DNA of 64,000 nucleotides from Patescibacteria group bacterium (lineage in GTDB: Bacteria > Patescibacteriota > Saccharimonadia > Saccharimonadales > 2-12-FULL-41-12), in NCBI GenBank assembly GCA_038064875.1, contig JBBTSC010000001.1:571004-635003 (forward strand), read 5' to 3'. The notes under the pieces were generated by a model that saw only the letters and a program-made list of their open reading frames with translations, had not been told where the DNA came from and ran no database searches. The stretch's first letter is position 1. Every line of letters begins with the position of its first letter. Shown here piece after piece: positions 1 to 8,400 of this stretch. Made by a program: the position numbers and the translations under genes.

Positions 1-355
1 AGCGCCTAACTACCTTATCCATGGGGCTCATAATAGCGAACAGTAGCGGATTGAGTAATTTTGTTTTTACGGTAAGTAGTGCAGACAGGACCAAACCACC
101 TGCCACAAGGAAAAACGCAGCCAGATAGTGCAGTTGGGTGGCAACAATGTAGATCCAACTAAAACCAAATAAAAAATAGAGAATTTTTAGAATAAAAACA
201 CTCTGTTTTTGGCGATAAGCCAGATTTTTTAACGTCCGGCTTTGCGCATTTTGAGAGGTATTTTGAAGTTTTGTAAGATGTACTGAGGTAATTTTTCTCT
301 CAATACCGTAAGTAAGCATCATTAGTACAAACAGTATTACCCCTAAAGCTATCAT
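1..355 (-). CDS. hypothetical integral membrane protein (only the N-terminal part is in the window)
   Basis: Own minus-strand translation from ATG (complement of 353-355): MIALGVILFVLMMLTYGIERK...FLFGFSWIYIVATQLHYLAAFFLVAGGLVLSALL. The frame stays open to position 1 and has several hydrophobic spans. It is absent from the ORF track because there is no stop inside the window. Confidence 0.4.
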   Translation of the reverse strand, partial: MIALGVILFVLMMLTYGIERKITSVHLTKLQNTSQNAQSRTLKNLAYRQKQSVFILKILYFLFGFSWIYIVATQLHYLAAFFLVAGGLVLSALLTVKTKLLNPLLFAIMSPMDKVVRR

Positions 356-451
356 GAACATATTTTACAACAAATCTGTCGTATAAAGAAGCTCTGAGGC
401 CCAGGCACACCTATGTTAAAATATAGGTATATATAAAACTTGGAGGTATAT

Positions 452-1093
452 GTGAGTAAACAGTTTTTGTTAGTAATAGTTATAGTACTGGGTCTTTTGG
501 GAGGTACACTTGTCTTGACAAAGAAGACCAGCGATAAAACCACAGGAGACACAGGTAGCACATCTGCGACTACTTCAAATAACCGCTCAGGAAATCTATC
601 TAGCAAGGTCACATTAACTGAATTTGGTGACTTTCAGTGTCCAGCTTGCAAAAGCTACTTCCCGATAGTAAAACAAGTCAAAGAAGAATATAAAGACAAG
701 ATTATCTTTGAATTCAAACATTTCCCTCTCGTACAGATCCACCCTAACGCGTTTGTAGCTTCTCGTGCAGCAGAGGCCGCTGGTAAACAAGGGAAGTTCT
801 TCGAATATCATGATTTACTATATGGCAACCAAGATTCTTGGGCTCAAGAACAAAGTCCAAATAGTTACTTTGAAGAGTTTGCGAAACAACTGGGGCTCAA
901 TGTAGACCAATTCAAGAAAGATATGATCTCAGAATCAGTTGCGAGTACTATAAATGCTGACGCAAAGTTGGCTCAAAGTATTGGAGCCAATTCTACTCCT
1001 ACCTTCGCTATAAACGGCAAGAAAATTGATAATCCCAAGAGCGTTGAAGAATTCAAAAAAGTGATCGACGAAGCTCTTAAAACTTCAAACTAA
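452..1093 (+). CDS. DsbA-like thiol:disulfide oxidoreductase, membrane-anchored
   Basis: N-terminal TM segment, thioredoxin-fold active site FGDFQCPACKSY (CPAC) and DsbA-like helical insert. The ORF track starts at TTG 440, but GGAGG at 442-446 followed by GTG 452 is the more likely start. Confidence 0.8.
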   Translation: MSKQFLLVIVIVLGLLGGTLVLTKKTSDKTTGDTGSTSATTSNNRSGNLSSKVTLTEFGDFQCPACKSYFPIVKQVKEEYKDKIIFEFKHFPLVQIHPNAFVASRAAEAAGKQGKFFEYHDLLYGNQDSWAQEQSPNSYFEEFAKQLGLNVDQFKKDMISESVASTINADAKLAQSIGANSTPTFAINGKKIDNPKSVEEFKKVIDEALKTSN

Positions 1094-1866
1094 TGTCGCT
1101 AACTACACCTGGCAGAACTAGATCGAGCGAATTCTTGATCACCGCAAACTATCCTGAGGTCTCTGCTATTGAGACTTTACTTGAGGCCACACCCAGGCCA
1201 GTCTTGATAACAGGCTGTTCGACTGAGCTAGGTGAGCTTGGCCGAACCATGTATGAATTTGGGGGGAGAATGGGTGAGCCATACATTGAAGAGAAAGAGT
1301 CATCGGAGCTAATACAGATCATTAGACCGGAAGAAAACGTTGCTGAGCAAAGTAGTAATAGTTTTGACGTTGAGCTAAGACTTCATACCGAAAATCCCCA
1401 CGAAGCTTTGGAGCCAGACTTCTTATTGATCGGGTGCACGGATAACCCCGAACAAGCAATAACGCTATTAGTGAACCCCCTTGAGGTTTTTTTAAGTTTA
1501 AACAGGTCCATTCAGCAAAGACTAACTGAGCCTAGATTTAGCACGTTAGAAGCCGGAAAATTTGCTGTGGCAGCAGGGAGAGAGCGTAAACCAATCGCTA
1601 TTGATGTACCTATCGCGACAGAATCCTTTGATGGTCAATATGACTTCCGTGTAGATTTTGAGTCAACTAGAGCAGATGGAAACTGGCAAGATGCGCTCGA
1701 TGAATTTGAGGAAGCTTGTCGTATAAAAGCTCAGGAAATATTGATAAATCCAGGTGATGTGTTAATTCTTCCTAACCATAGAGCTATCCATGGAAGAAAA
1801 AAATTTCAGACAAACCCCTCTAGTGACGAACGTCGTCGATTACTGAGAATGTTCGTTAGGGGATGA
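1093..1866 (+). CDS. Fe(II)/2-oxoglutarate dioxygenase, clavaminate-synthase-like (AsnO/VioC/TauD superfamily)
   Basis: His-x-Glu motif in LRLHTENPHEALEPDFLLIGC and a distal His in NHRAIHGRKKF, followed by a RRLLRMFV tail. This is the typical facial-triad layout of amino-acid beta-hydroxylases. The start overlaps the DsbA-like stop (TAATG). Confidence 0.5.
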   Translation: MSLTTPGRTRSSEFLITANYPEVSAIETLLEATPRPVLITGCSTELGELGRTMYEFGGRMGEPYIEEKESSELIQIIRPEENVAEQSSNSFDVELRLHTENPHEALEPDFLLIGCTDNPEQAITLLVNPLEVFLSLNRSIQQRLTEPRFSTLEAGKFAVAAGRERKPIAIDVPIATESFDGQYDFRVDFESTRADGNWQDALDEFEEACRIKAQEILINPGDVLILPNHRAIHGRKKFQTNPSSDERRRLLRMFVRG

Positions 1867-1901
1867 AATAAGTCTAGATATAAGCAACCGAGTTAATTAA
1901 A

Positions 1902-1960
1902 TTTCGAACCAGCTCTCTTACGAACAAAAAGTCCAGCCTCGCTAAAGCTGGTTCGAAACC
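1902..1960 (-). terminator. long hairpin, probable minus-strand terminator with an alternative short stem
   Basis: The 13-bp perfect arms TTTCGAACCAGCT / AGCTGGTTCGAAA enclose about 31 nt. On the minus strand the proximal CCAGC...GCTGG stem is followed by ACTTTTTG, and the full stem is followed by TTTAATTAA. Confidence 0.4.
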
Positions 1961-2215
1961 TAACTAATACATTAGGTAATTCTGCCACTTCGGACGAATA
2001 ACTCTCACTTCCAGACGCGTCTGACGAGTATTCATCACTTTTACCTTGATAGGCATTGGTTGCTCCCTTTCTCCTCGAAATTTAGCAACAAAGCTTTTTT
2101 ATTTTGTTTTTATTGTTTTTTGTTTTGCTCTTTCAAGATTTTAGCTAAATCTTTCCAGAATCTCCGAGGATATGCAGGTAGTTTAAACGAAAGCGCTTTA
2201 CCAAGTCAAGCTATT

Positions 2216-2674
2216 TTAATTTGAATTGGTAAATTTGTCACGAAAATCTTGGAGGGTTGTCTTTTTTTCTCTTCTCTTTTGGATATTACGATGTAATTTC
2301 TTAAGCGCTAGACTATCAATACTAGCTTTGTCGTGAAGTTTTTTAAATTCTTCGTCCAGCTCGTGGAGTTCTTCATCAGTTAAATCTTCCAGATCCATAA
2401 ACTCGTCTCGAGCCCGTGTCGCTCGAATCAGCTCATCTAATTTTAGTTGTACTGCCTTAGAGTCACGATTCTGAGTGTTCTGGATCAAAAACACCATCAA
2501 AAATGTGACGATAGTCGTAAAGGTATTGATAACTAATTGCCATGTATTTGAGAAATCAAACATGGGCCCACTGGCAAGCCAGACCAGAACCAGACAAAGC
2601 GCTAATAAGAAGACTGCACTTCTTCCTACGAGGATCGAAACTTGGGTTGCTATAAATCTGAAAAACTTATTCAT
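2216..2674 (-). CDS. low-affinity iron permease family membrane protein (Fet4-like small bacterial form)
   Basis: Two TM helices, then LIQNTQNRDSKAVQLKLDELIRA and an acidic/coiled C-terminus. This pattern is typical of the PF04120-like small proteins. Confidence 0.6.
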   Translation of the reverse strand: MNKFFRFIATQVSILVGRSAVFLLALCLVLVWLASGPMFDFSNTWQLVINTFTTIVTFLMVFLIQNTQNRDSKAVQLKLDELIRATRARDEFMDLEDLTDEELHELDEEFKKLHDKASIDSLALKKLHRNIQKRREKKTTLQDFRDKFTNSN

Positions 2675-2731
2675 ATACTATGATTTTACATCAATCAAAG
2701 AAAAAAGATATAATCATAAGCGATAATAGAC

Positions 2732-4423
2732 ATGCACGATAATATTTTTAATGAACTAAGTTATATCATCGCAGTTGGGGCAATTATAGCCCTGATCATG
2801 CGGTTGATTAAACAACCCCTGATTATTGGCCACATCATTACTGGTATTATCGTTGGCCCTTCACTACTTGGTCTGACAAAGTCTGAAGACATACTAGAGA
2901 CGTTCTCAAGCATTGGCGTAACACTACTGCTCTTTATCATTGGACTGGGCTTAAGCCTGCGTGTAATACGCGAGGTTGGAAAAATTGCAGCCATAGTTGG
3001 GGCCACGACCATAGCACTGACGACACTTCTCGGTTACACGGTTGGGTTATTGATCAACCTGAATAAGACCGAAGCACTGTCTATTGGTATCGCCATATCC
3101 TTTAGTAGTACTATCATTGTCCTAAAACTACTCTCTGACAAGAGGGAGCAAAGTCGTCTACACGGCAAGATTATTACTGGTATTTTGATTGTTGAGGACC
3201 TTGTTGCTGCAATTGCCCTGATGGCATTGGCAGCCAGAGGCAACGGAGCATCTTTCGACCCTGAAACACTCGGATCTCTGGCTATAAAAGGAATCCTGCT
3301 ATCCGTGCCTCTACTACTTTTTGGATCATACGTGTTGCCAAAATTCCATAAGTTGTTCGCAGGGAGCCAAGAATTCTTGTTCCTCTTCGCCATCAGCTGG
3401 GGCCTTGGGGTCGCTACCCTATTTGGCGAAGCCGGGTTTAGCCTAGAAATCGGTGCACTTATAGCCGGAATAAGCTTGGCTAGCTTGCCTTATACTCAAG
3501 AAATTAGCTCGCGACTCTTGCCACTAAGGGATTTCTTTATAGTTGTTTTCTTCATAGCTCTAGGCTCACATTTGTCGTTCCAGAACATTGCGGATTACAT
3601 GCCAATTATACTTATAATTTTCTGCTGTGTTGTGTTTGTAAAACCTCTCATCATTCTCATAACCATGGGACTTCTTGGGTATACCAAGCAAGTTAGTTTT
3701 AAGGTTGCCAATGCTTTGAGCCAAATAAGTGAATTCTCATTGATATTTTTGGCTCTTGGTTATAAGGAAGGGATTATTAGCAACAATATTATCACCATAA
3801 TAACGATAACCACCCTGATGACTATAGCTTTCTCAACCTATACTATTACGTATTCTGACCAACTCTATAAATTCCTAGAGAAGCATTTTGAACTATTTGA
3901 ACGCAAGCATCCGGTCAAAGAGCACGAACAAAGAACAAGCTACGAACTCGTCCTTTTTGGCTACCAAAAAGGCGGTAGAGAGTTTATCAATGTCTTTAAA
4001 TCAATGGGAAAGAAATTCATTGTGATCGATTATGATCCTGAAGTTATTGAAGTGCTTGACCGTCGCGGGATTGACTACCTGTATGGCGACGCAACTGACC
4101 TAGAACTTCTCAAAGAAGCTGGAATAGAAAAGAGTAAGTTGATCGTATCGACTATAACTGACCACCAAGCGAATATTTTCTTGATAAAACACCTTGAAAA
4201 GATTAACCCTGGAGCCGTTGTACTCTGTCATGCCGGGTCAGTTGCTGAAGCTGGTGAACTCTATGAAATAGGCGCTAGCTACGTGATGATGCCACACTAT
4301 ATTGGCTCTGAGAAGATCGGTGGGTTTATTAGAAGATCTGGGCTAAAGAAAAGTGAGTTCCGAAAGTATCGTGACAAGCATCTTAACTACCTACAGACTC
4401 ATTTCACAAGTCCGATTGAGTAG
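2732..4423 (+). CDS. cation:proton antiporter (CPA2/Kef-type) with C-terminal RCK/TrkA-N domain
   Basis: About 12 TM helices of Na_H_Exchanger type, followed by a Rossmann-like domain (VLFGYQKGGREF...DATDLELLKEAGIEKSKLIV). Confidence 0.85.
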   Translation: MHDNIFNELSYIIAVGAIIALIMRLIKQPLIIGHIITGIIVGPSLLGLTKSEDILETFSSIGVTLLLFIIGLGLSLRVIREVGKIAAIVGATTIALTTLLGYTVGLLINLNKTEALSIGIAISFSSTIIVLKLLSDKREQSRLHGKIITGILIVEDLVAAIALMALAARGNGASFDPETLGSLAIKGILLSVPLLLFGSYVLPKFHKLFAGSQEFLFLFAISWGLGVATLFGEAGFSLEIGALIAGISLASLPYTQEISSRLLPLRDFFIVVFFIALGSHLSFQNIADYMPIILIIFCCVVFVKPLIILITMGLLGYTKQVSFKVANALSQISEFSLIFLALGYKEGIISNNIITIITITTLMTIAFSTYTITYSDQLYKFLEKHFELFERKHPVKEHEQRTSYELVLFGYQKGGREFINVFKSMGKKFIVIDYDPEVIEVLDRRGIDYLYGDATDLELLKEAGIEKSKLIVSTITDHQANIFLIKHLEKINPGAVVLCHAGSVAEAGELYEIGASYVMMPHYIGSEKIGGFIRRSGLKKSEFRKYRDKHLNYLQTHFTSPIE

Positions 4424-4424
4424 C

Positions 4425-4943
4425 TCACAGCTCATCCGCTATAGCTTCTGAGCGAATTTGACTGGACGATATATTTTTATTTAGCTCAATGATTTGATAT
4501 TTAAAATCTGCAAATCTATATAAATCACTAAATATTTGATCAATTTCTTTTTCAAAATGGGTTCTAGTGGCGACTAAAAGCTCTACCTTTCTAGCAAGCT
4601 CTTCTAGCTTCTCCCATTGATGTATCGTCCGCAGAACATCGTCACCAATAAGCAGAGAGAGTTTGTCGCCCGGAAATAATTTATCGAGTTCTGATAGCGT
4701 ATGTTCAACACTAAAGATTTTTTGATCTAATGCGATTAGCCCTAATTTTTCTTTCCCTGATATCACCTGTTCTATATCTTTTTTTCTTTCACTTAGATTC
4801 GAGATTTTTGGTTTTTTCCTGGGCGCTTGCTCTGGCATGAAATAAACCGTATCAATTCCAAAGTCTAATGCTTTTAGTGCAAATGCCAGATGCCCCTCGT
4901 GGATTGGGTCAAAAGATCCTGGGAAAATTCCAACTTTTCTCAT
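4425..4943 (-). CDS. nadD: nicotinate-nucleotide adenylyltransferase
   Basis: GIFPGSFDPIHEGHL (HxGH cytidylyltransferase motif) and a C-terminal ISSSQIR motif. The start overlaps the upstream gene's stop (4940-4943). Confidence 0.8.
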   Translation of the reverse strand: MRKVGIFPGSFDPIHEGHLAFALKALDFGIDTVYFMPEQAPRKKPKISNLSERKKDIEQVISGKEKLGLIALDQKIFSVEHTLSELDKLFPGDKLSLLIGDDVLRTIHQWEKLEELARKVELLVATRTHFEKEIDQIFSDLYRFADFKYQIIELNKNISSSQIRSEAIADEL

Positions 4944-6469
4944 GTAACCTTGACTGACTCAGCAACAAGTTTATCTGCCTTCGGAGAATCTTTTTTGGGC
5001 TGAAAATATAAGATGTCAGCAGACTGGTCTTTCTGACCTTCTTTCTTCTTTCTGGAACCACCATTTCCTTTGTAAATTGCATTTTCACTAAATACCTTTG
5101 CTCTGCAATCCCAGCAGGAAAGACCATTGGCACATGGATCGTCAAATACAACTGCGGTACAGTGTGGGCAATTCATTCTTTTCTTTCTTCTAGCTCCTCT
5201 GCCAAATACTTCCTGTGGAGTTTGGTCTTCCTGGGATCCTGTAAGCTCCTTGAGCATTTCTGCAAAATCTATCATCCTGCCACAAGAGCTATAGGTTCGC
5301 CCTTCTTTTGCACCACCTAAGGCAAAGAGCGCCATCACATTGGCCAAGTTTTCCTGTACAGCCATTTGCGCAAATTCAGACATGTCTTGTTGTACTTCTT
5401 GTACTGAGTGGCCTTCTAGCGAACTTCTGAACATTTCTATTGAAGAATAGATTACCAGTTGGTGTAGGAGTTTTGCGTCACTGTCAGTGAATCCCGCCTT
5501 GTTACTTGCTCGCATCAAATCACTTCTAGTTTCTGAATTAAAATACTGCGAATTTGCTAAGAATGCATCGACAATTTCTTTCATTTCTGGCGTTTTCTCA
5601 CCGATTGCCAAAGAGTCGACTATCGGAAGATACATCTCTTCAAAGACTCTATCGATTGCTTCTTGATTTGCCTCTATTGTGTCCACTGTATCAATATTCT
5701 CACTTACCACTCTTCCTTCATATTCACGCCTAATTTCCAAAGCGAATTCTTTTGCCTCTTCTTCTGACATTTCTCCGGTAATCGCGTACTGTAGCCAGTT
5801 ATCTGTCGTTTCGTCTTCTGGTATTTCTACTCCGTGTTTTGCGAAAAGGTTTCTCCACCTAGTCTTATCACTCATATCAACAGAAAGAGACCCAGTCACT
5901 AATTCTCCTTCTGAACTGTAGTGATAAAGCTGTATATACGCAGTTTTCTTGCCTGGTATGTATCCTATGTTCTTCCAGAACTCTTCACCGTCACGCTCGA
6001 TCGCTTCTTCTGGCAGGAGACTAACCACAATTCTGGTGTTGTAGTCAGTTTTTCCAGCAAGCATGAGCTCAACTTGCTCTGCATTTTCAAGATCATTGCC
6101 GTCTCTTACCATTTGGTTGACCACTCTTTGATCAAAACGAGAAGCTTGCTTAGAGGACTCGAGGCCATTTTCCAGCAATTCTGTAACGGTGCTTTGCAGG
6201 TCCGCAGACATAACTTTCCCGTCTATAATTTTTCTGGTGTCGAATTTTGTAACCTGTAAAACCCCGCCGTAACTTTCATCACTACTGAGTCCTTCAAAAA
6301 CAGCACTATTAAATTCATCACGCACCTGCGTTTCATGAGCTTGAAGAACCTCAACATCAACAACAGTCTGGGTAGTTATTGCCCCTAGCCTACGTAGTGC
6401 AGAAAGAGACAAGCCATATGTCTCTGGCTGCGGAATGTTCATATTTGGTGTTTTTTGTATTGCTTCCAT
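4940..6469 (-). CDS. hypothetical cytosolic protein with C-terminal Cys-rich zinc ribbon
   Basis: A long ORF of 509 aa with an AAGGA Shine-Dalgarno upstream. It is acidic and helical, with a C-terminal NCPHCTAVVFDDPCANGLSCWDCRAKVF and a Lys-rich tail. I recognise no family. Confidence 0.6.
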   Translation of the reverse strand: MEAIQKTPNMNIPQPETYGLSLSALRRLGAITTQTVVDVEVLQAHETQVRDEFNSAVFEGLSSDESYGGVLQVTKFDTRKIIDGKVMSADLQSTVTELLENGLESSKQASRFDQRVVNQMVRDGNDLENAEQVELMLAGKTDYNTRIVVSLLPEEAIERDGEEFWKNIGYIPGKKTAYIQLYHYSSEGELVTGSLSVDMSDKTRWRNLFAKHGVEIPEDETTDNWLQYAITGEMSEEEAKEFALEIRREYEGRVVSENIDTVDTIEANQEAIDRVFEEMYLPIVDSLAIGEKTPEMKEIVDAFLANSQYFNSETRSDLMRASNKAGFTDSDAKLLHQLVIYSSIEMFRSSLEGHSVQEVQQDMSEFAQMAVQENLANVMALFALGGAKEGRTYSSCGRMIDFAEMLKELTGSQEDQTPQEVFGRGARRKKRMNCPHCTAVVFDDPCANGLSCWDCRAKVFSENAIYKGNGGSRKKKEGQKDQSADILYFQPKKDSPKADKLVAESVKVT

Positions 6470-6611
6470 GATTCCTTTTTTCGAGCACGAGACGGATCAC
6501 AGGGACTGCTCTTGCTCGAGAGACTTAAAATTAAGACAGTTGTATCGGACTATAACCGTTGCGGCACAATGAGGGAATTTCACCCTACTTCCAACTTCAA
6601 TTTATTAAGGT
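6470..6611 (-). promoter_or_regulatory. structured 5' leader with cobalamin-riboswitch-like core (candidate)
   Basis: Minus-strand RNA AGUU-GGAAGUAGGGUGAAAUUCCCUCAUUGUGCCGCAACGGUUAUAGUCCGAUAC-AACU lies at about 6596-6538. An imperfect 10-bp hairpin (6481-6523) follows, abutting the SD. Confidence 0.4.
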
Positions 6612-6617
6612 ACTTTT

Positions 6618-6647
6618 AGTATATCCCCACGCTACCTATGGGGTCAA
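6618..6647 (-). promoter_or_regulatory. sigma70-type promoter candidate for the 6469 operon
   Basis: Minus strand reads TTGACC (6647-6642), an 18-nt spacer, then TATACT (6623-6618). Confidence 0.35.
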
Positions 6648-6678
6648 AGGTACTTTTTACTACACCAGATTTGTGTGT

Positions 6679-7368
6679 TTACTTTGCTTGGAAAGATTTT
6701 AACGCATTTACTAAAAGCGTGTAATCTGCAACATTATTGTGGTCAGTATAGAGAAAGAAGTAGGTGTGCTTTTCGCCACCAGCCCCCTGGATGATTACTT
6801 TGTTGATCCCATCGATTGAACTTGTTCCGATTGCATTTCTATTGGCGTGACTGAGGTCGCATAGGAAGGATATGTTCTGCCACTTTGCCACTGTATCAGG
6901 TAGTTTCTGGTCTGCTTGTGCGTTAACATTGTTTCCTGTGCCAACAAAATTGGAACAAGTATCAGATATTTGACCAACAGAGAGTAGATTGTTGTTCGCA
7001 GACACAGGTAGAACCTTGTTCACAGCATAAGTGCTTGTGTCATAGTCACTGTAGATAACAAGATTCCTGCCATCATTATTCTTCTTTGTGCTCTTAAAGT
7101 AGTAGGCGCTCCTCTGTTCTTCCTCATCCGTTTTATACAGCTGCCAATCTCGAGGTAAAGAAATTGAGAAAGACCTCTGGTTGAAAGTAACAAGGGCCTC
7201 TCTGTCATCATTTACTCGAGTAGTTGAGAGGTCGTTGTTACTAATAACTTCTTTTGTATCTGCGAGGTAGAAAGAGTATATCCCATACCCAGCCAAGCAA
7301 AAGATTATAGCAAAAAAGATAATTATTTTTTTTCTATGTGAAGAATGTCTTCTGCCATGCGCATACAT
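6679..7368 (-). CDS. hypothetical membrane-anchored extracytoplasmic protein
   Basis: Basic N-terminus plus one TM helix (KKIIIFFAIIFCLAGYGIYSFY), then a soluble domain with no recognisable motif. Confidence 0.5.
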   Translation of the reverse strand: MYAHGRRHSSHRKKIIIFFAIIFCLAGYGIYSFYLADTKEVISNNDLSTTRVNDDREALVTFNQRSFSISLPRDWQLYKTDEEEQRSAYYFKSTKKNNDGRNLVIYSDYDTSTYAVNKVLPVSANNNLLSVGQISDTCSNFVGTGNNVNAQADQKLPDTVAKWQNISFLCDLSHANRNAIGTSSIDGINKVIIQGAGGEKHTYFFLYTDHNNVADYTLLVNALKSFQAK

Positions 7369-7407
7369 ATGACAAGTTTAGCAACAAAAGCATAACCACT
7401 TCAAATC

Positions 7408-8217
7408 TTACGAAAGTGCTAGGACCAACAATATCAGGCTCCCCAGAACAATCCTGTAATACGCGAAGAGCTTGAAGTCGTTCGTGGATACATACTTCAG
7501 TAGCCACTTAATAGCAACGAGCGCAGTTATAAAGGCTGATATGGTACCGAGAATGACTGAAATCCCGCCCCCGGTTATAGTATCTAGTTCACTATGGCCT
7601 TTTGCTAGTTTATAACCCCCAGCTAGTAGTATTATCGGTATGCTCAAGTAGAAGGAGAAGGCTGTTGCAGTAACTCTATCGAGACCACTGAGTAGGCCGC
7701 CCATGATGGTTGCTCCACTCCTAGAAACGCCTGGGATCAAAGCAACTATCTGGAATATTCCAACTTTAAATGCCTGAGAAATAGTAAGGTCATCCAGCCG
7801 AGCTTCACCAGTGTTCTTGGGAGCTTTGTGGTATACCTCAATCAGCCAAATAGCGATTCCACCCAAAATCAAAGAAATTGCCACAAGCCAAGAAACTGAA
7901 TATTCTCCGATCAGATCTTTTGCTAAAAATCCTAATATACCTGCAGGGATAGTCGCAACTATCCAATTGATCCAGAATTTATTGATATTTTTATCACCAG
8001 AGAAAATTCCAATGATTTTTTTGATTAAATCGTTCCGATAAAACCAAAGCACGGCAGCAATAGCACCCATCTGAATAACAACTGTGAAAATTTCTGCTGT
8101 ATCTTTATATCCGATCAAATCCTCAGCGACTATCAGATGGCCTGTACTAGATATTGGGAGAAATTCTGTGAGACCTTCGACAATCCCTAGTAAAATAGCT
8201 TGAAGTATTTCCATCAT
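7408..8217 (-). CDS. uppP: undecaprenyl-diphosphate phosphatase
   Basis: BacA/UppP signature LLGIVEGLTEFLPISSTGHL, a PGVSRSGATI motif and 8 TM helices. Confidence 0.9.
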   Translation of the reverse strand: MMEILQAILLGIVEGLTEFLPISSTGHLIVAEDLIGYKDTAEIFTVVIQMGAIAAVLWFYRNDLIKKIIGIFSGDKNINKFWINWIVATIPAGILGFLAKDLIGEYSVSWLVAISLILGGIAIWLIEVYHKAPKNTGEARLDDLTISQAFKVGIFQIVALIPGVSRSGATIMGGLLSGLDRVTATAFSFYLSIPIILLAGGYKLAKGHSELDTITGGGISVILGTISAFITALVAIKWLLKYVSTNDFKLFAYYRIVLGSLILLVLALS

Positions 8218-8400
8218 AACTTACGCACCATCCTTCCCTGCCAACTGGCCCAGCCAATTGTACTGAAAGGATTCTTGGCTTAAAAATAATCTTTCTTTTG
8301 CGATACTCCCTTCACTGTACTTTTGGTACAGCTCGGTCTGTTTCTCAAAGAGAAGAATATTTTGGGGCTTAAGTGCGTAAGTTATGACCATTTAAACCAA

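Noticed and set aside
1925-1945. AAAGTCCAGCC resembling the RNase P RNA P4 motif (GGAAAGTCCGGGC)
   Set aside because: None of the other universal RNase P RNA elements (GTAAGAGCGCACC, ACAGAAnCCGGCTTA) occur in the 350-bp spacer. The motif is simply the loop of the terminator-like hairpin.
4421-4427. Convergent antiporter and nadD genes whose stop codons are 1 nt apart, as a possible antisense-regulation site
   Set aside because: Several other convergent pairs in this window are equally tight or overlapping (14795/14803, 26155/26160, 32243/32248, 52796/52803). This looks like general genome compaction rather than a specific mechanism.
8215-8386. MITE / miniature transposon interpretation of the 14-bp terminal inverted repeats
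   Set aside because: No clear target-site duplication flanks the arms, one arm includes the functional uppP start codon, and no second copy is visible in this window. It is kept as a regulatory-structure finding instead. A genome-wide copy count would settle the question.
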